Positions 23,495-36,839 of a DNA stretch of 64,000 nucleotides are shown here, one piece after another. The DNA lies in NCBI RefSeq assembly GCF_003918875.1, contig NW_025767733.1, positions 1-64,000 of the forward strand, written 5' to 3'. The notes beneath the pieces were generated by a model. The model had not been told where the DNA came from. It made no database searches and worked only from the letters and a program-made list of their open reading frames with translations. The DNA comes from Haliotis rubra (taxonomy: Eukaryota). How positions within the stretch are numbered: the first letter of the stretch is position 1; each line of letters starts with the position of its first letter. The position numbers and the translations under genes are program-made.

Positions 23495-26165
23495 ATGTAC
23501 GTGACGGTTGTATTTTTGTGTGTGATGCTGGCGGGATCTCTGTCGGGACTAATCCTGCCAATGACAAATTCAGATGGTTCTGCAGACATGCCCAGTCTTT
23601 TGAATCATGTGTCACTGCTTGAGCAAACTTTGACCAGTCTTCAAACAACAACTTCACAAGTCCAGTCTGAACTGCATGCCACAAAGAAAGATCTCAGGCC
23701 ACGCAGTCACAGCTTCAGACTACCATTAACGACTTACACACAACTCGAACACAACTACAGTCGAGTGAAACACGACAACAGTTGGCAGCTGCTGAAATAT
23801 CATCTCTGAAAACGAAGTTTCATCACTGAAGGCAGAGCTTCGTTCAACATCGGATGGACTCATCATGGTCAAGACACAAGTGGAGGATATGACACATGGT
23901 AATCATCGTGATAGTGTTCATCTTAATCAGACACTTCTGGATTCCGTCAGTCACGATGTGAACGTGAACACGGCACAGGTAAAAGCGGTAATGTCTGATG
24001 TCATGCGGTTAAACAAACAACTAAATCTTGTGAACTCGACTGTGTACGACGTAAAGACAGAAGGACATGGTTTCTATCAAAATATGTCTTCCTGGGTGCA
24101 AACATTCACAGAGAAACAGTCGGAAGAAAGCATGAAACTCCAAGCCGCCAAAATGCTAGCTCATACTGCATCTAAACATATCGATAAGCTTGAGGACGAT
24201 ATGGAAGTCATCCTATTCCAACATGTCCCTTTGTCAGGCTGGATATACAATCAATCTGGAGGAATCTTCACTTAGCAGAGAGTAACCTCAGTCTGGCCAT
24301 CTTCGATGTTTTAACTTTGAAAACAACTTATCTGTGGTTGAGAAGCAGTCCATGGAAACAAACTATCACTATTGAAGGTTTTACAAGGTGAGCTCTTGTT
24401 CAGGAAAAATTCGGTAAAACGCTTGTGCATCCACTTCCATTGCCAGGAGGGTAGCCCTAGAAATTATTATCTTTAATCGTAGCCAATGTGTTAATAATGG
24501 GCTTAAAACGTTCGTAGGGATACGAACGTTTCGAGACAATCTAGCCAGATCTTCTTCAATAGGATATCTAAACTGGAACCATTCATAATCTGCCATCTTA
24601 GATTCAGTGCATGGTCAGTGCTCGTTTCTAAATACTACTCTTAAACGATTATTTATAACCAAAATCAAACGGTATTGTGACACACAAACAACAACCAGAA
24701 TTGGTGAAAAACGTTTAGTGACGCGAATGAAATGTTATTACATGAAAAGACAAATATTTCAATGTACGGTATCGATCAATAGTCCATAATAAAAGTGCAT
24801 TTGGCATATGCAAATGGGCCGCAACACAACAGGGTGTTCACAAGCAAGTCCCATCTAGAGTAGCGTGTGTCTACCTTGTGCATGTATGCAGGCCCGCCTC
24901 ACCGAGGTCACTAAACGTTGATGAATGTCTTGGAGAAGATCACCCCATATCAGGGAAGGGCTTACAATTGCATGCCTCAATTTCGGTTAACAATAGGTTC
25001 TTTTCAAAGGCAAGTAGATGTGCATAAGATTGACAATGTTCCCATAATATTGCGGAAAACATAGTGTTCCATTGATGATCGTGCGTTTATCTGTTTTGTG
25101 TCCTGTTAGCATACTTCAGAAGGGGTAATTTAGTCGACATTTTAGCTTCAGAAGTGTTACCGAACACAAGATGTGCCGTACGCATAATGATCATGCTTTC
25201 AGGAATATATTTATGACCATAGTCTGTTATGAGAAAGAACATTATTTCTGTTTCCTTAATTATGTCAACACTTATTGGCTATAAGGTCATAGAGTATGAC
25301 ATATTGTATCCCTCCTTAAAAAGAAAAATGAAGGTTACTTTCTGGCTTCATGATTAACTGATTGGTCTTGTAAGCATTTTAGGGGCGGTGGGGTAGCCTA
25401 GTGGTTAAAGCATTGGCTCGTCACGCCGAAGACCCGGGTTCGATTCCCCACATGGGCACAATGTGTGAAGCCCATGTCTGGTGTCCCCCGCCGTGATGTT
25501 GCTGGAATATTGCTAAAAGCGGCGTACAACCAAACTCAGTCAGTCAGTGTCAGCATTTTAAATGTTCAATTCCAATCCAATGCTTTTGAACAATTTGCCG
25601 AACTGACTGTCTTGACTGTAAGTTTTATAACTTTTCATCCGTATGGGGTAAAGAAATGTCTTGATATTTATAAACTACACTGATACATTCCGCTTACTGA
25701 ATGGTAATCTACTTATTTTGTGATCTAATTGTTGTTGGGTTTTTCTTGCGTTAATCTACAGAAGTAAAGACCAGAAATGTGGCATTCAATGTGAACTACC
25801 CTTCAAGTCCATCATCAGAAAACACGCCATTGATATTCAGCACCATCCTCTACAACGAAGGCTCTGGCTACAGCACCAGCACGGGAACGTTCACTGCTCC
25901 AGTCTCTGGAACCTACGTCTTCTGGACACATCTGGCACTGACGCATGCAAACACGAACATGTCCTTCGACATCATCAAGTCAGGAGGAGTGATCATGGCC
26001 AACGGCTACACGGAGACGGACTCGAGCATTGATGAAACTGATGCTTCTGCCATTACGGTAACTCATCTGGACAAGGGGGAGGAAACGTGGGTGCAGATGG
26101 CCTTCTCACGTGATATCTACCCAAGTTCATCATATTTCGGTGGCGCTCTGCTGTCGGAGGACTGA
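23495..26165 (+). CDS. C1qDC: Secreted C1q-domain-containing protein (signal peptide + coiled coil + globular C1q); exon 1 broken by several 1-nt indels
   Basis: Exon 1 23495-24387: signal peptide MYVTVVFLCVMLAGSLSG, heptad-rich region, donor caag|gtgagc. Exon 2 25762-26165 in phase 1: VAF..., LIFSTILYNEGSGYSTSTGTFTAPVSGTYVF, HLDKGEETWV, SYFGGALL are canonical gC1q motifs. Confidence 0.88.
25382..25546 (+). mobile_element. SINE family A, full length (C1qDC intron)
   Basis: ggggcggtggggtagcctagtggttaaagc...cgtcacgccgaagacccgggttcgattcccc...gctaaaagcggcgta...(cagt)n. Confidence 0.92.
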
Positions 26166-26288
26166 GTACTGAGTTCCATCATGCACTGACTGGGACACCA
26201 TAAGTGGCATTGTGATCATCCCATTCATACACGACACCAACGGCAAGCAATACGTATATCTCTTTCCCCACTAGCAATCTGCTTAACA

Positions 26289-26455
26289 GTGAGTGAATGA
26301 GTGGGTTTAGTTTTACGCCGCTTTCAGAAATATTCCAGCAATATCGCGGCGGGGGACACCACAACTGGGCTTCATACATTGTACCCATGTTGGGAATCGA
26401 ACCCGGGTATTTGGCGTGACGAGCGAACGCTTTAACCACTACGCTACCACACCCC
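26289..26455 (-). mobile_element. SINE family A, full length, about 120 bp after the C1qDC stop
   Basis: Reverse complement of the family A consensus. Confidence 0.88.
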
Positions 26456-27374
26456 AAATCTTATTAATGCTTAGATGCATTGGAGTATATGGGTATTTTC
26501 AGGTGACATTAGAAGAAAAGCGACATATCCTTATCCATAATGTTTTGAAATGTCTGCTGAAAGAAGAGCGATTTGCTCGATTTCGATTTTATCATAAGAA
26601 ATCGTTTATGAACCTTATCGGAAACATATTGTATAAATGGGGCATTATTTTGAGTATTGGAAACTGATGGGTTAAATGTGGAACTATCGTCACTGTTCAA
26701 AAACATCCTGAAAGCTTCCTATAACCTTTGAATGATATATTTTGATGCAACAACTTTAGCACGAAGTAAACTTCGTCAACCTCGTCACCAATTATAACTA
26801 CCCGATCACCATTATGGAAAGTACGTACACTTCACAGAATAACGTATTACATGCATGTATTTGCATTATTTCCTAAAGTTTCTTCCATGTGGCCATATTG
26901 GACCAGACTACATTTGTTAGCCTTCAGTTCTATTCCTGGTGGCGGTACACCCTTTCAGTGTGTTTTTTCAATGGATGTAGGTAACTTAAAAAGGAAAATA
27001 AATAAACTAACTCTGTTCGTGAAATCGAACAGAATAAATATTTTGGGGCCACTGTAACGGTTTCATTCAGGTTTATTTAGTGATTCTCGCAGAGGTGTCT
27101 CTTAATTCTTCAGACAGAAACGAAAATGGACCAATCTCAACAAAACATTAGCCTTTAGTGAGCTTTTGTAGCGTATTCTCACCCAAGGGTTGCTTATATA
27201 ATCAACGCATTCAGACTCATGGCAACCCGGCGGAAGATAGATTTACCCGATGCTTGGGGACAAATGAACGGAACGGGCCATCTGGCTTACTTTACAACCT
27301 CTGTAATCTCTCCTGCTTGCATTACAATCTATCTCGGTCGATGAAACGAATCTAGCACATGATCTATATCTGTT

Positions 27375-28463
27375 GACCTCACTAGATTCATTGGGGCTAC
27401 ACACTACATTTTACAGTGGAGCTTACCGGATCGTTCAGTCATGGTGACCTCAGTCTTGGTGACCTCACTACTTTCATTGGGGTTACACACTACATTTTAC
27501 AATGGAGCTTACCGGATCGTTCGGTCTTGGTGACCTCAGTCTTGAGTGACCTCACTACTTGCATTGGGGTTACACACTACATTTTACAATGGAGCTTACC
27601 GGATCGTTCAGACATGGTGACCTTAGTTTTGGTGACCTCACTACTTTTATTGGGGATACACACTACATTTTACAATGGAGCTTACCGGATCGTTCAGTCA
27701 TGGTGACCTCAGTCTTGGTGACCTCACTACTTTCATTGGGGTTACACACTACATTTTACAAATGGAGCTTTACCGGATCGTTCAGTCATGAGTGACCTCA
27801 GTCTTGGTGATCTCACTACTTTCATTGGGGTTACACATTACATTTTACAATGGAGCTTTACCGGATCGTTCAGTCATGGTGACCACAGTCTTGGTGACCT
27901 CACTACTTTCACTGGGGTTACACATTACATTTTACAATGGAGCTTACCGGATCGTTCGGTCTTGGTGACCTCAGTCTTGGTGACCTCACTACTTTCATTG
28001 GGGTTACACACTACATTTTACAATGGAGCTTACCGGATCGTTCGGTCTTGGTGACCTCCAGTCTTGGTGACCTCACTACTTTCATTGGGGTTACACACTA
28101 CATTTTACAATGGAGCTTACCGGATCGTTTGGTCATGGTGACCTCAGTCTTGGTGACCTCACTACTTTCATTGTGGGTTAACACACTACATTTTACAATG
28201 GAGCTTACCGGATCGTTTGGTCTTGGTAACCCCAGTCTTGGTGACCTCACTTCTTTCTTTGGGGTTACACACTACGCTTTAACAATGGGGCTTACCGGAT
28301 CGTTCAGTCATGGTGACCTCAGTCTTGGTGACCTCACTACTTTCATTGGGGTTACACACTACATTTTACAAAGGAGCTTACCGGATCGTTCGGTCTTGGT
28401 GACCTCCGCTTCTTTCATTGGGGTTACACACTAAATTTTACAAGTTCGGCCTTGGTGACCTCA
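27375..28463. repeat. 86-bp minisatellite, about 12.5 copies
   Basis: Unit gacctcactactttcattggggttacacactacattttacaatggagcttaccggatcgttcagtcatggtgacctcagtcttggt; period 86 (27421 to 27507). Confidence 0.95.
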
Positions 28464-28656
28464 TTCTACCATATCGACGCACTTGGTATAGATTTAACAC
28501 AGTGCATACCATATTGAAGTAATGTATTTTCTTGTCATTTTGAACGTTTGGCGTAACTTGCAGCGCAAAAAAATTTCATGCATGTCGTAGAAGCTACTAA
28601 CGGTATCTATTGTTCAGGATCGCTGACTTAGTAACCAAGTAATCAAGTGAGCGACC

Positions 28657-29031
28657 CAGGGCCCCTTTCCTCAAAGCGATCGTAACGCTACGACAGTGTA
28701 ACTCCCATACTTTAAGATAGACTTTACGACTGTCGTAGCGCTAAGATGATCGTAACTCCCATACTTTAAGATAGACTTACGACTGTTGTACTAAGATGAT
28801 CGTAACTCCCATACTTTAACATAGACTTACGACTGTCGTAGCGCTAAGATGATCGTAACTCCCATACTTTAACATAGACTTACGACTGTCGTAGCGCTAA
28901 GATGATCGTAACTCCCGTACTTTAACATAGACTTACGACTGTCGTAGCGCTAAGATGATCGTAACTCCCATACTTTAACATAGACTTACGACTGTCGTAG
29001 CGCTACGATTGCTTTTAGGAACGGGGCCCTG
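28657..29031. mobile_element. MITE with an internally amplified 53-bp unit (6 copies), inserted in a family B copy
   Basis: TIRs cagggcccctttcctcaaagcgatcgta / tacgattgcttttaggaacggggccctg. Unit gatcgtaactcccatactttaacatagacttacgactgtcgtagcgctaagat. Confidence 0.85.
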
Positions 29032-29664
29032 GCCACTAGCTATGTCATCGTATCCCAACTGCATAGATCGATGCTCATGAAGCTGATCACTGGAATGTCT
29101 GGTCCGGTTTCGATTATTTACAGACAGCCGCCATATAGCTGGAATATTGCTGAGTGTTGCGCTAAAACAACAAATACAACGAAGCACCTCAAAGGTAATG
29201 ATATTTTCAGTTCGATCTGTCAATATTTCAAACATTACACAGACAACGAACACAACGACGTTGTTACTATTATGTTCATTGTATGAAGATGTTAGAATGA
29301 AATACCTTAGATATGAACGTACCCCACACAACGACAATCTTTACTATAAATGAAGGGTAAATTAGCCTTAAGAAGTCAACTGAGAGAAGATATATTCAAT
29401 ATTGATAAACATGAATGTATTCAGATTTAGAAAACTGATGTGGCATTAATGACCAATAGATCACAGGTATGCGAAACAAATCTGTCTCTCTAATATTTTA
29501 ACTGACCTGTGTCAGTGTTTGTAGCCATGTAATCATGATTCCAGGTTACCGCTTACCGTCCCGCGATGCTTCAAACACATGGTCGCTTAAGTCAATATGT
29601 GGTTAAACTGATTGATCTGCCTCGTAGCTGTTTTATTTGTTCCATTGTTACCGCAAATAGTTAA

Positions 29665-29960
29665 AAACACACACACACACACACACATCCACCCTCCCCA
29701 CCACACCAATCCCCCACCAACCCCACCAACCCCAACCCACCACCACCACCACCACTACCCCCCCCCACCCCCCACCACCAACAACCCCACCACCACCCAC
29801 TCCCACCACCCCACCACCACCACCAACCCCAACCACCACTATCACACACACACACCCTACCCTCAACCTCAACCCGATAACAGCTCCTACCACTAACCCA
29901 GTTGTCTCCATAACCTCAGTCTACCTTACACCCCCAAACAAACCCCCAACCCCCAACCTC
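29665..29960. repeat. (CA)n/(CCA)n low-complexity tract
   Basis: Directly visible; explains the His/Pro-rich and Gly/Val-rich spurious ORFs. Confidence 0.92.
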
Positions 29961-31827
29961 AACCCGATGATAACAGCACCACCTACCACTAACCCAGTTG
30001 TTTCCATAACCTCAGTCTACCTTTACCCCAAACAGTCTAATCATGTCATATGATCATATTTTAATTTGAAAATGAGTGTGATGTGAGATTTAGAACCTGG
30101 GGAAAACCTAACTTGATCCCCTCCATATAGCTGGAATAATGCTGAGTGCGGCGTAAAACTAAACTCACTCACTCTAACTTCCATTTAGGCTTTCGCTTTG
30201 GAGAAAATGTCAGACCGAAGGGACAATAATGTAGGGGGACTGTGAGATAAACCCCAAATTCTACACCTTCACTACAGCTGAGCTCCACTCACCCTCACCC
30301 CAATCACGATCACGACTGCCCGTGTACATGTACTCACACCCCGTACCCCCAAAACAGTGCATCCCTAACCCAGGCCTTCTACATGAACTCTCTCCCCGAC
30401 CCAACGCCTGTTTCCCGCCCGTCTACACTTAACGAAACCAACTGACCCTACCCTAACCTTGACTCAACCCTACCCCTATTGTATTTTCCCTCCCGTTAAC
30501 ACTCCCAACTTCATACCGGCCATGCTGGTTCCCAGGTAACACTAGTAGCTTAACACTATAAAGCGAGACATGCACGCCTTGGCAACGTCCATTCATTACC
30601 TGATACACAAGCCTGACTTTCGAACAATAAAGCTCATCTTCGATAGGTGGAGACGGTGTAAGTTGCAGTACTGTAATACGGGTATACGGGGTTTAAATAT
30701 CTCATTAAGTAAATATAACATCATAAGAAACTGAAATTGATTCACATACCTTACGAGTATGGAACTGACTAATCGATCCGAACCACTTGTTCACGGTTCT
30801 GTGACTGTCGTATTGTCCCTCGTAAACAATTACATGTAAACCAAGCCTGGGCGGTGTACCAGGCATACATGGTGTTTCGTTCAAGGTAACGTGAACCAAT
30901 CAGAGATGGGCATTCTTACTTGCGTGTGGATAAGGGTTTTTAGTCACGGACAACACGTCAGTGTTGATAGTCGGGCAATACCCAACTTTACAATGAGTCG
31001 GACTAAATCATCTTTTCTTACCCTGTGCATATTGGTCGGGACTGTTATTGTGGTATTTCTGTGGAAGAACAAGGAGGACCAATACAGGTAATTACTATAT
31101 ACACAAACACGGAAAATATAACGTCGCCAATGTGACGAGACCAATTTTACCTACACCAAAGTAAGGTTCTTGAGAGGCATTTAGAAGTTGGTGTTCAAGT
31201 AAAACACAAATATTATGGATGACAACTTCTTCTTTATTGTATGTCACAACGTTTCTGGGCTATTCCTTGCCCCTTCGCCAGGTCAAGATACATCAATGAG
31301 TATATATACTAAATGTACAAGAAACCAGTGTTGCATGTATATACAATAAATTGGATAAGAAACGGGAGATGATAGAGTAAGATGTACAGATAATGGGCAT
31401 GCCCTGGCGAAAGGGCAAGGAATAGCCCAGAAACGTTGTGCCATACAATAAGAAGAAGTTGTCATACATAATATTTGCCTTTTACACCAAAATAACCAAT
31501 AATTCAAATGGGGAAAGACCAAATCCACTACTCTCCCCATATTAGTGGACAAAAAAATGGACTATTAATTATAATGCTCTATGAATAATCATATCTTTTT
31601 TGTAGACACAAACCGGTACGATATAATATTATTTACTAATTCTTTTATTGAAACAGTGTAATTGAACATGTAGAAACACATGAACAGTGTTTACACTAAA
31701 TTTCCCTTTATTTAAAAAACCGAAACGGACTTTGATCAACAGCGAATGCTACAAAAATATACTCTTGAACACAGTCGTCGCATTTCTTGTGGTAAATTGG
31801 CTCCTGTTAGCGGTACAGTCAGTAATT

Positions 31828-33166
31828 TACGGAAGCGTAGTAGGGCCACGGTGAATTTTTTTTTTTGTTACTTAATATCTCCTACGTAGGACTTAATATC
31901 TCCTACGTAGGACTTAGTATCTCCTACGTAGGAGTTAGTATATCCTAGGTGGGCATCTCCTACGTAGGACTTAGTATCTCCTACGTAGGACTTAATATCT
32001 CCTACGTAGGACTTAGCATCTCCTACGTAGGACTTACTATCTCCTACGTAGGACTTAGTATCTCCTACATAGGACATAGTATCTCCTACGTAGTACTTAA
32101 TATTTCCTGTATGAGATGATCGATATACGTTTTTATGGATTAATCTGAAACGGTCGACTTAAAGCCCCAGACACGCACACAATCTCCTGTTCCACTGTTT
32201 CAGTCACTGTAAGAGTCTACAGTCATTCGTTTCATTCACTATTAGAGTCTACAGTTATGTGTTTCATTTACTGTTAGAGTCTACTATCATGTGTTTCAAT
32301 TTACTATTAGCGTCTATTGTTTCCTTCACTATTAGAGTCATGTGTTCAACTAATTGTTGCACATTAGTACTGTGTTGGACCGACTGTTATATTTTACTGC
32401 CTTGCGTTCAGTTTGCTCTACTATTACGCGTTGCAGTTAGTTCACTGTTATATGTTGCACTTTGTCACACTTTACTATTATGCATTGGGTATTTCAGAGG
32501 TCGTTGCACATGAATCATAATCTGCGTGTACGGACGTGTCTTAGACTATCGGTGGCAATCTATGTGTACGTATCCCCTTATATTTATACAAATAACTATA
32601 ATGACAATTCTTTGCCTTTTTGAATTTCGTTTTGTTTGACGCCGCACTCAACACTTGTCCACCCCAGTCAAGTCAACCTGTAAACAATTACGAATGAAAC
32701 CGCAAACGAGCGTTGCATCCGATCCAACTTAGCCCCATCAAGACAAGCAACAACTTGCGGAGGTCGTGTTATAACCCGAGTTTCATATCACAACCTCACC
32801 CCAACCATCCCACCCTCCTCTCTCTTTGTGTGTGTGTGTGTGTGTGTGTTTGTGTGTGAATAGATGTATGTATGATAGATTAAACATAACCATACCCAAA
32901 CCTCCATAACTGCAATTAGAACAGGGTCCACATCACCCTAACGTAATACACACACAATAACACTGTACAGTAACACTGCGTTAGTGTCATGCATATTCAC
33001 TGACTCACATTTCGACTATCTCACGTCCTGCATAGCCAAACATTTCTCAACTTAATAACCATCCTTAAAAAGGATATATTAAGTCCTACGTAGGAGATAT
33101 TAAGTCCTACGTAGGAGATAGTGACCCCCCAAAATGTTTTCACCGTGGCCCTACTACGCTTCCGTA
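31828..33166. mobile_element. Non-autonomous DNA transposon, IS3EU-like (TACGG termini, 6-bp TSD), with 21-bp subterminal repeats
   Basis: 28-bp TIR tacggaagcgtagtagggccacggtgaa; TSD gtaatt at 31822-31827 and 33167-33172; about 11 copies of ttagtatctcctacgtaggac on the left and 2 inverted on the right. Absent at the homologous site of NXPE paralog 2 (about 43310). Confidence 0.82.
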
Positions 33167-33316
33167 GTAATTTGTAACGGACTGTAGTTTCATCTTTCAA
33201 CCAGGTACACCAGAACTTGATCATATGTACTGGACAAAAATAGTTTGGGATATATGTAAATTTTGAAATTATGAATAATGATCTACTTATTCATTGACAC
33301 ACTGTTAAAATATCAG

Positions 33317-33444
33317 CGTTGGCTCGTCACGCCGTAGACCCGGGTTCGATTCCCCACATGGGCACAATGTGTTAAGCCCATTTCTGGTGTCCCCCGCTGT
33401 GATATTGCTGGAATATTGCTAAAAGCGGCGTAAAACTAAACTCA
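33317..33444 (+). mobile_element. 5'-truncated SINE family A with 13-bp TSD
   Basis: TSD gttaaaatatcag at 33304-33316 and 33445-33457. Confidence 0.9.
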
Positions 33445-33455
33445 GTTAAAATATC

Positions 33456-34585
33456 AGTCAAAAAGTCAAAAGTCAAAAAGGAGTTTATTTGTAACGAGGC
33501 CAAGGGCCCATATACAAGATATAACTATACATCGTTAACAAGAGCATACAAATGAAGTGTAAAGTGTTTGTAAATACCTATTTCTTTTTATATATGCATG
33601 GTAAATATAATACTGTACACGTCTGATTAAATTCTCCTGAGTTGCACATATCAGCCTTTTAAATTTATGAATAGAAGGGAATTTCCAAAAATGTTCCGGA
33701 AGAAAAGTTATTCTCAATTCATTGTACAAGTAGCATATAAGTGTGAAATGATACTCATCCTCAACAGAGGTGTTGCGAATGGGACACAAGCGTAAACCAG
33801 ATTCGATTGATTGCCACCTACCTTCATTATAACGTAGTGGCAAGACATTGCATCTGAATTTGATGTAAGTAGAGCGCAACTTTGTTTCTAACATGATATA
33901 CACGTATCTTTCTGGTTCAAATATGAATTTATATTCTCTATACATCACATATCTAGAGCTGTTATTCAACGTTGAAGTCCAACTTTGAGAAAATTCATTT
34001 ATCAATGATGTTTTAAACAATTGTACAAAAGAAAATTCATCCCCAACAGATTGGTTAATCCAGATATATCCAAAGCCATGAGAAAACAAAATATTTTTTA
34101 TGAACGATACCCAACTCTTTTTTCCAATGTCATCAAAATATCTTAACATGTAATACACTTTCTTGGGTAATCTACACTCGATCATTTTGAGCAATTTTAG
34201 CCAATAACGTAAAAGCCGTAAGTACGCATTTATATATATATTGGATAGCGGCCACATTCGCCATATACAATAGTATTAGGAGTTTGTTTTCCTACCCTTA
34301 AAAACCGTTTGCAGGCTAGAAGATGTACCTTTTCCAATAATTCATATTGCTTGACTCCCCAAATCTCACAGCCATATAATAATATCGGCATCACCTTGGA
34401 ATCAAAGATTTTCGGGTCAATCATTCCAATCTTATTTAGTTTGACAATGATTTCCATCAATGCTCTTTTACCCCGGCTTGCCAAGTCTGAAATGCATTTA
34501 GTCATTTTTAAGTTACTTGAAAACCAGACACCTAAATACTTGTAACTATTTACAGTGGCGATGTGGTTTCCTTTATAAAACCACA
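33456..34585 (-). mobile_element. 5'-truncated LINE, RTE-X-like (RT C-terminal region and Cys/His motif), frameshifted
   Basis: KYLGV, PILLYGCEIWG, VYGECGRYP, YWLKLL and EGRW...RLCP...EDEYHFTLIC motifs. aataaa followed by a (TTTTGAC)n tail. Confidence 0.82.
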
Positions 34586-34944
34586 GTCATAAAAATACCA
34601 ATATCCCTAACTTATTTTGTCCAGTATATTTCCCTGCCTTGGGGGCGTAAACTGTGCTCTTTATTACTTTGCTGTGTTGAAATAATACAGGACTGACATA
34701 TTGATTAGAATATTGTATTTGCTTTATTAGTTTTTTGTTAATTCATTATTATTTGATTTGTTGCATATGAATGTTAATGTATCAACTTGCTTACTTGGTT
34801 AAATTGGTTAGGTTTTATGGCTTTGATAAGTGGCTAATTTGATGGCATTGTGGTTGATTTCAATCGGACATTTGATCCACAGATCGATTAATTGATCGAT
34901 TGGTTGGCTGTTTGATTGGGGCCAATTTCGGTTGTTTTGTTTTG

Positions 34945-35690
34945 TTGGTTGGAAGATGGGTTGGTTGGGTTGGTGGAAGATGGGTTGGTTGGGTAATGGG
35001 TGATAGATGGGTCGGTTGGGAGGGTAGAGATTGGTTGGTTGGGTAGTTGGAAGATGGGTTGGTTGGGAGGGTGGAGATGGGTTGGTTCGGTGGGTGGAAG
35101 ATTGGTCGGTTGGGAGGGTAGAGTTCGGTAGGTTGGGAGGTTGGAGATGGGTTGGTTGGGTAGTTGGAAGATGGGTTGGTTGGGAGGGTAGAGATGGGTT
35201 GGTTGGGTGGGTGGAAGATTGGTCGGTTGGGAGGGTAGAGTTCGGTAGGTTGGGAGGGTGGAAGAACGGTTGTTGGACAGGTGGAAGATTGGTCGGTTGG
35301 GACGGTGGAGATGGGTTGGTTGGGTGGGTGGAAGATTGGTCGGTTGGGAGGTTGGAGATGGGTCGGTTGGGAGGTTGGAGATGGGTTGGTTGGGTAGTTG
35401 GAAGATGGGTTGGTTGGGAGGGTAGAGATGGGTTGGTTCGGTGGGTGGAAGATTGGTCGGTTGGGAGGGTAGAGATGGGTCGGTTGGGAGGTTGGAGATG
35501 GGTTGGTTGGGTAGTTGGAAGATGGGTTGGTTGGGAGGGTAGAGATGGGTTGGTTGGGTGGGTGGAAGATTGGTCGGTTGGGAGGGTAGAGTTCGGTAGG
35601 TTGGGAGGGTGGAAGAACGGTTGTTGGATAGGTGGAAGATTGGTCGGTTGGGACTTTGGAGATGGGTTGGTTGGGTAGTTGGAAGATGGT
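34945..35690. repeat. G/T-rich satellite (about 20-bp units, higher-order about 120 bp) in NXPE paralog 1 intron 1
   Basis: ggaagatgggttggttgggt / agagatgggttggttgggag variants repeated. Confidence 0.92.
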
Positions 35691-36839
35691 TAAATCAAAT
35701 GTAATTAAAATCTACCTGATCGTGACATATGCTAAACCTATTACAAGGCAAATGATGAATAGTTGAGCCTTGAGAAAATGAACAATTCAGAAACCTGTTC
35801 AAAAAGGTGTTTCCAAACAATATTTGTAAAGTAATAGAATATAATTGGAGGGGATGGGTCTGTCATGAATGTTTTCAAAACTTATTTTCGTGTTTGCAGA
35901 AACGTACCTCTTAGTGACACCATTGAGGTGCATATAGTTGTAGAACCAAATAGCGGGAGAGTAGTTAGCGACGCTCCTCACTATCTGAATGAGGCAAACA
36001 TGATCAAGGGAGGTAAGCAAAGAGATACCCGGAAGTGTACAAGTGCACACCGCTCCACAATGACGTTATTAAATCCACAGCCTCTGTATAGACTCGGTGA
36101 CGTCATAACAGTGGAGATCAACACTTACAATCATTACGGAGAGAAGCAAACAGTTGGTGGCGATTTCTTTAGATTATGGATGGAAAACACAGAGGACAAA
36201 GTTGCAGTTGCTGGAGACGTCTTCGACAACAACAACGGCAGCTACACCGGTTTTGTCAGAGTCCAGTGGTCAGGCATGGGAAGGATCCGCTGCTTTCTTG
36301 AGCGTCGAAGGGAGGAACTAGCGATGTTCTATTCCATCATGGCTGAACATGGAACGCTGTGGCAGCTGAAACGGGAGTTCGTATGGGGCTTCTTGGTGAA
36401 AGAGAGTACGAGCTGCACCATGTTACGGAACCGCCTAGGAGACATCTGCAACTTTACTTCTCTAAATGACGGTTTCCCGTGGTACTGTGAAAAGCCGAAG
36501 AATTCACTCTTTAACTGCGACACCTACAGTAAGTCCTGGTCCCTGTTTGGAGCAGCATATCTCCCGAAGGAAAATCAGCAACGTGACATATACTTTTTGT
36601 AAGTATGATTTTATTCGTTTTATAGTATTTTCTTTCTTAATATGAACCAGATTGTGTCGTTACCAATTAAAGAACGATTCCGTGCAAAATGTAAGCAAGT
36701 TAGATGTTTAGAACTTTTGTTAAAGCAGATTACAGCGGGTTTATTTTTTCACTTTGACGCTGATACTTTGAAATGATTTCAGTTGTGACAATAAAATGGA
36801 AGGTCCAAATGAAAAACATGTCTCACACTCACAGACAGA

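Noticed and set aside
25382-25455. tRNA-Asp-like gene (GTC anticodon-like loop, A and B boxes)
   Set aside because: No proper acceptor stem, always joined to the same body and tail, multicopy with TSDs. It is a SINE head.
27416-28434. ORFs up to 165 aa with repeated peptides
   Set aside because: Translations of the 86-bp repeat; the period is not a multiple of 3 and there are many indels.
15164-28463. Regular 65-bp and 86-bp arrays (also the 53-, 21- and 83-bp arrays) as CRISPR-like loci
   Set aside because: Whole units repeat with no unique spacers, there are no cas genes, and the context is eukaryotic. These are minisatellites.
31868-32077. (KSYVGDT)n repeat protein
   Set aside because: Translation of the 21-bp subterminal repeats of a non-autonomous transposon.
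35031-35678. 215-aa Gly/Trp/Val-rich ORF
   Set aside because: Stop-poor G/T satellite inside an NXPE intron, absent from the paralogs.
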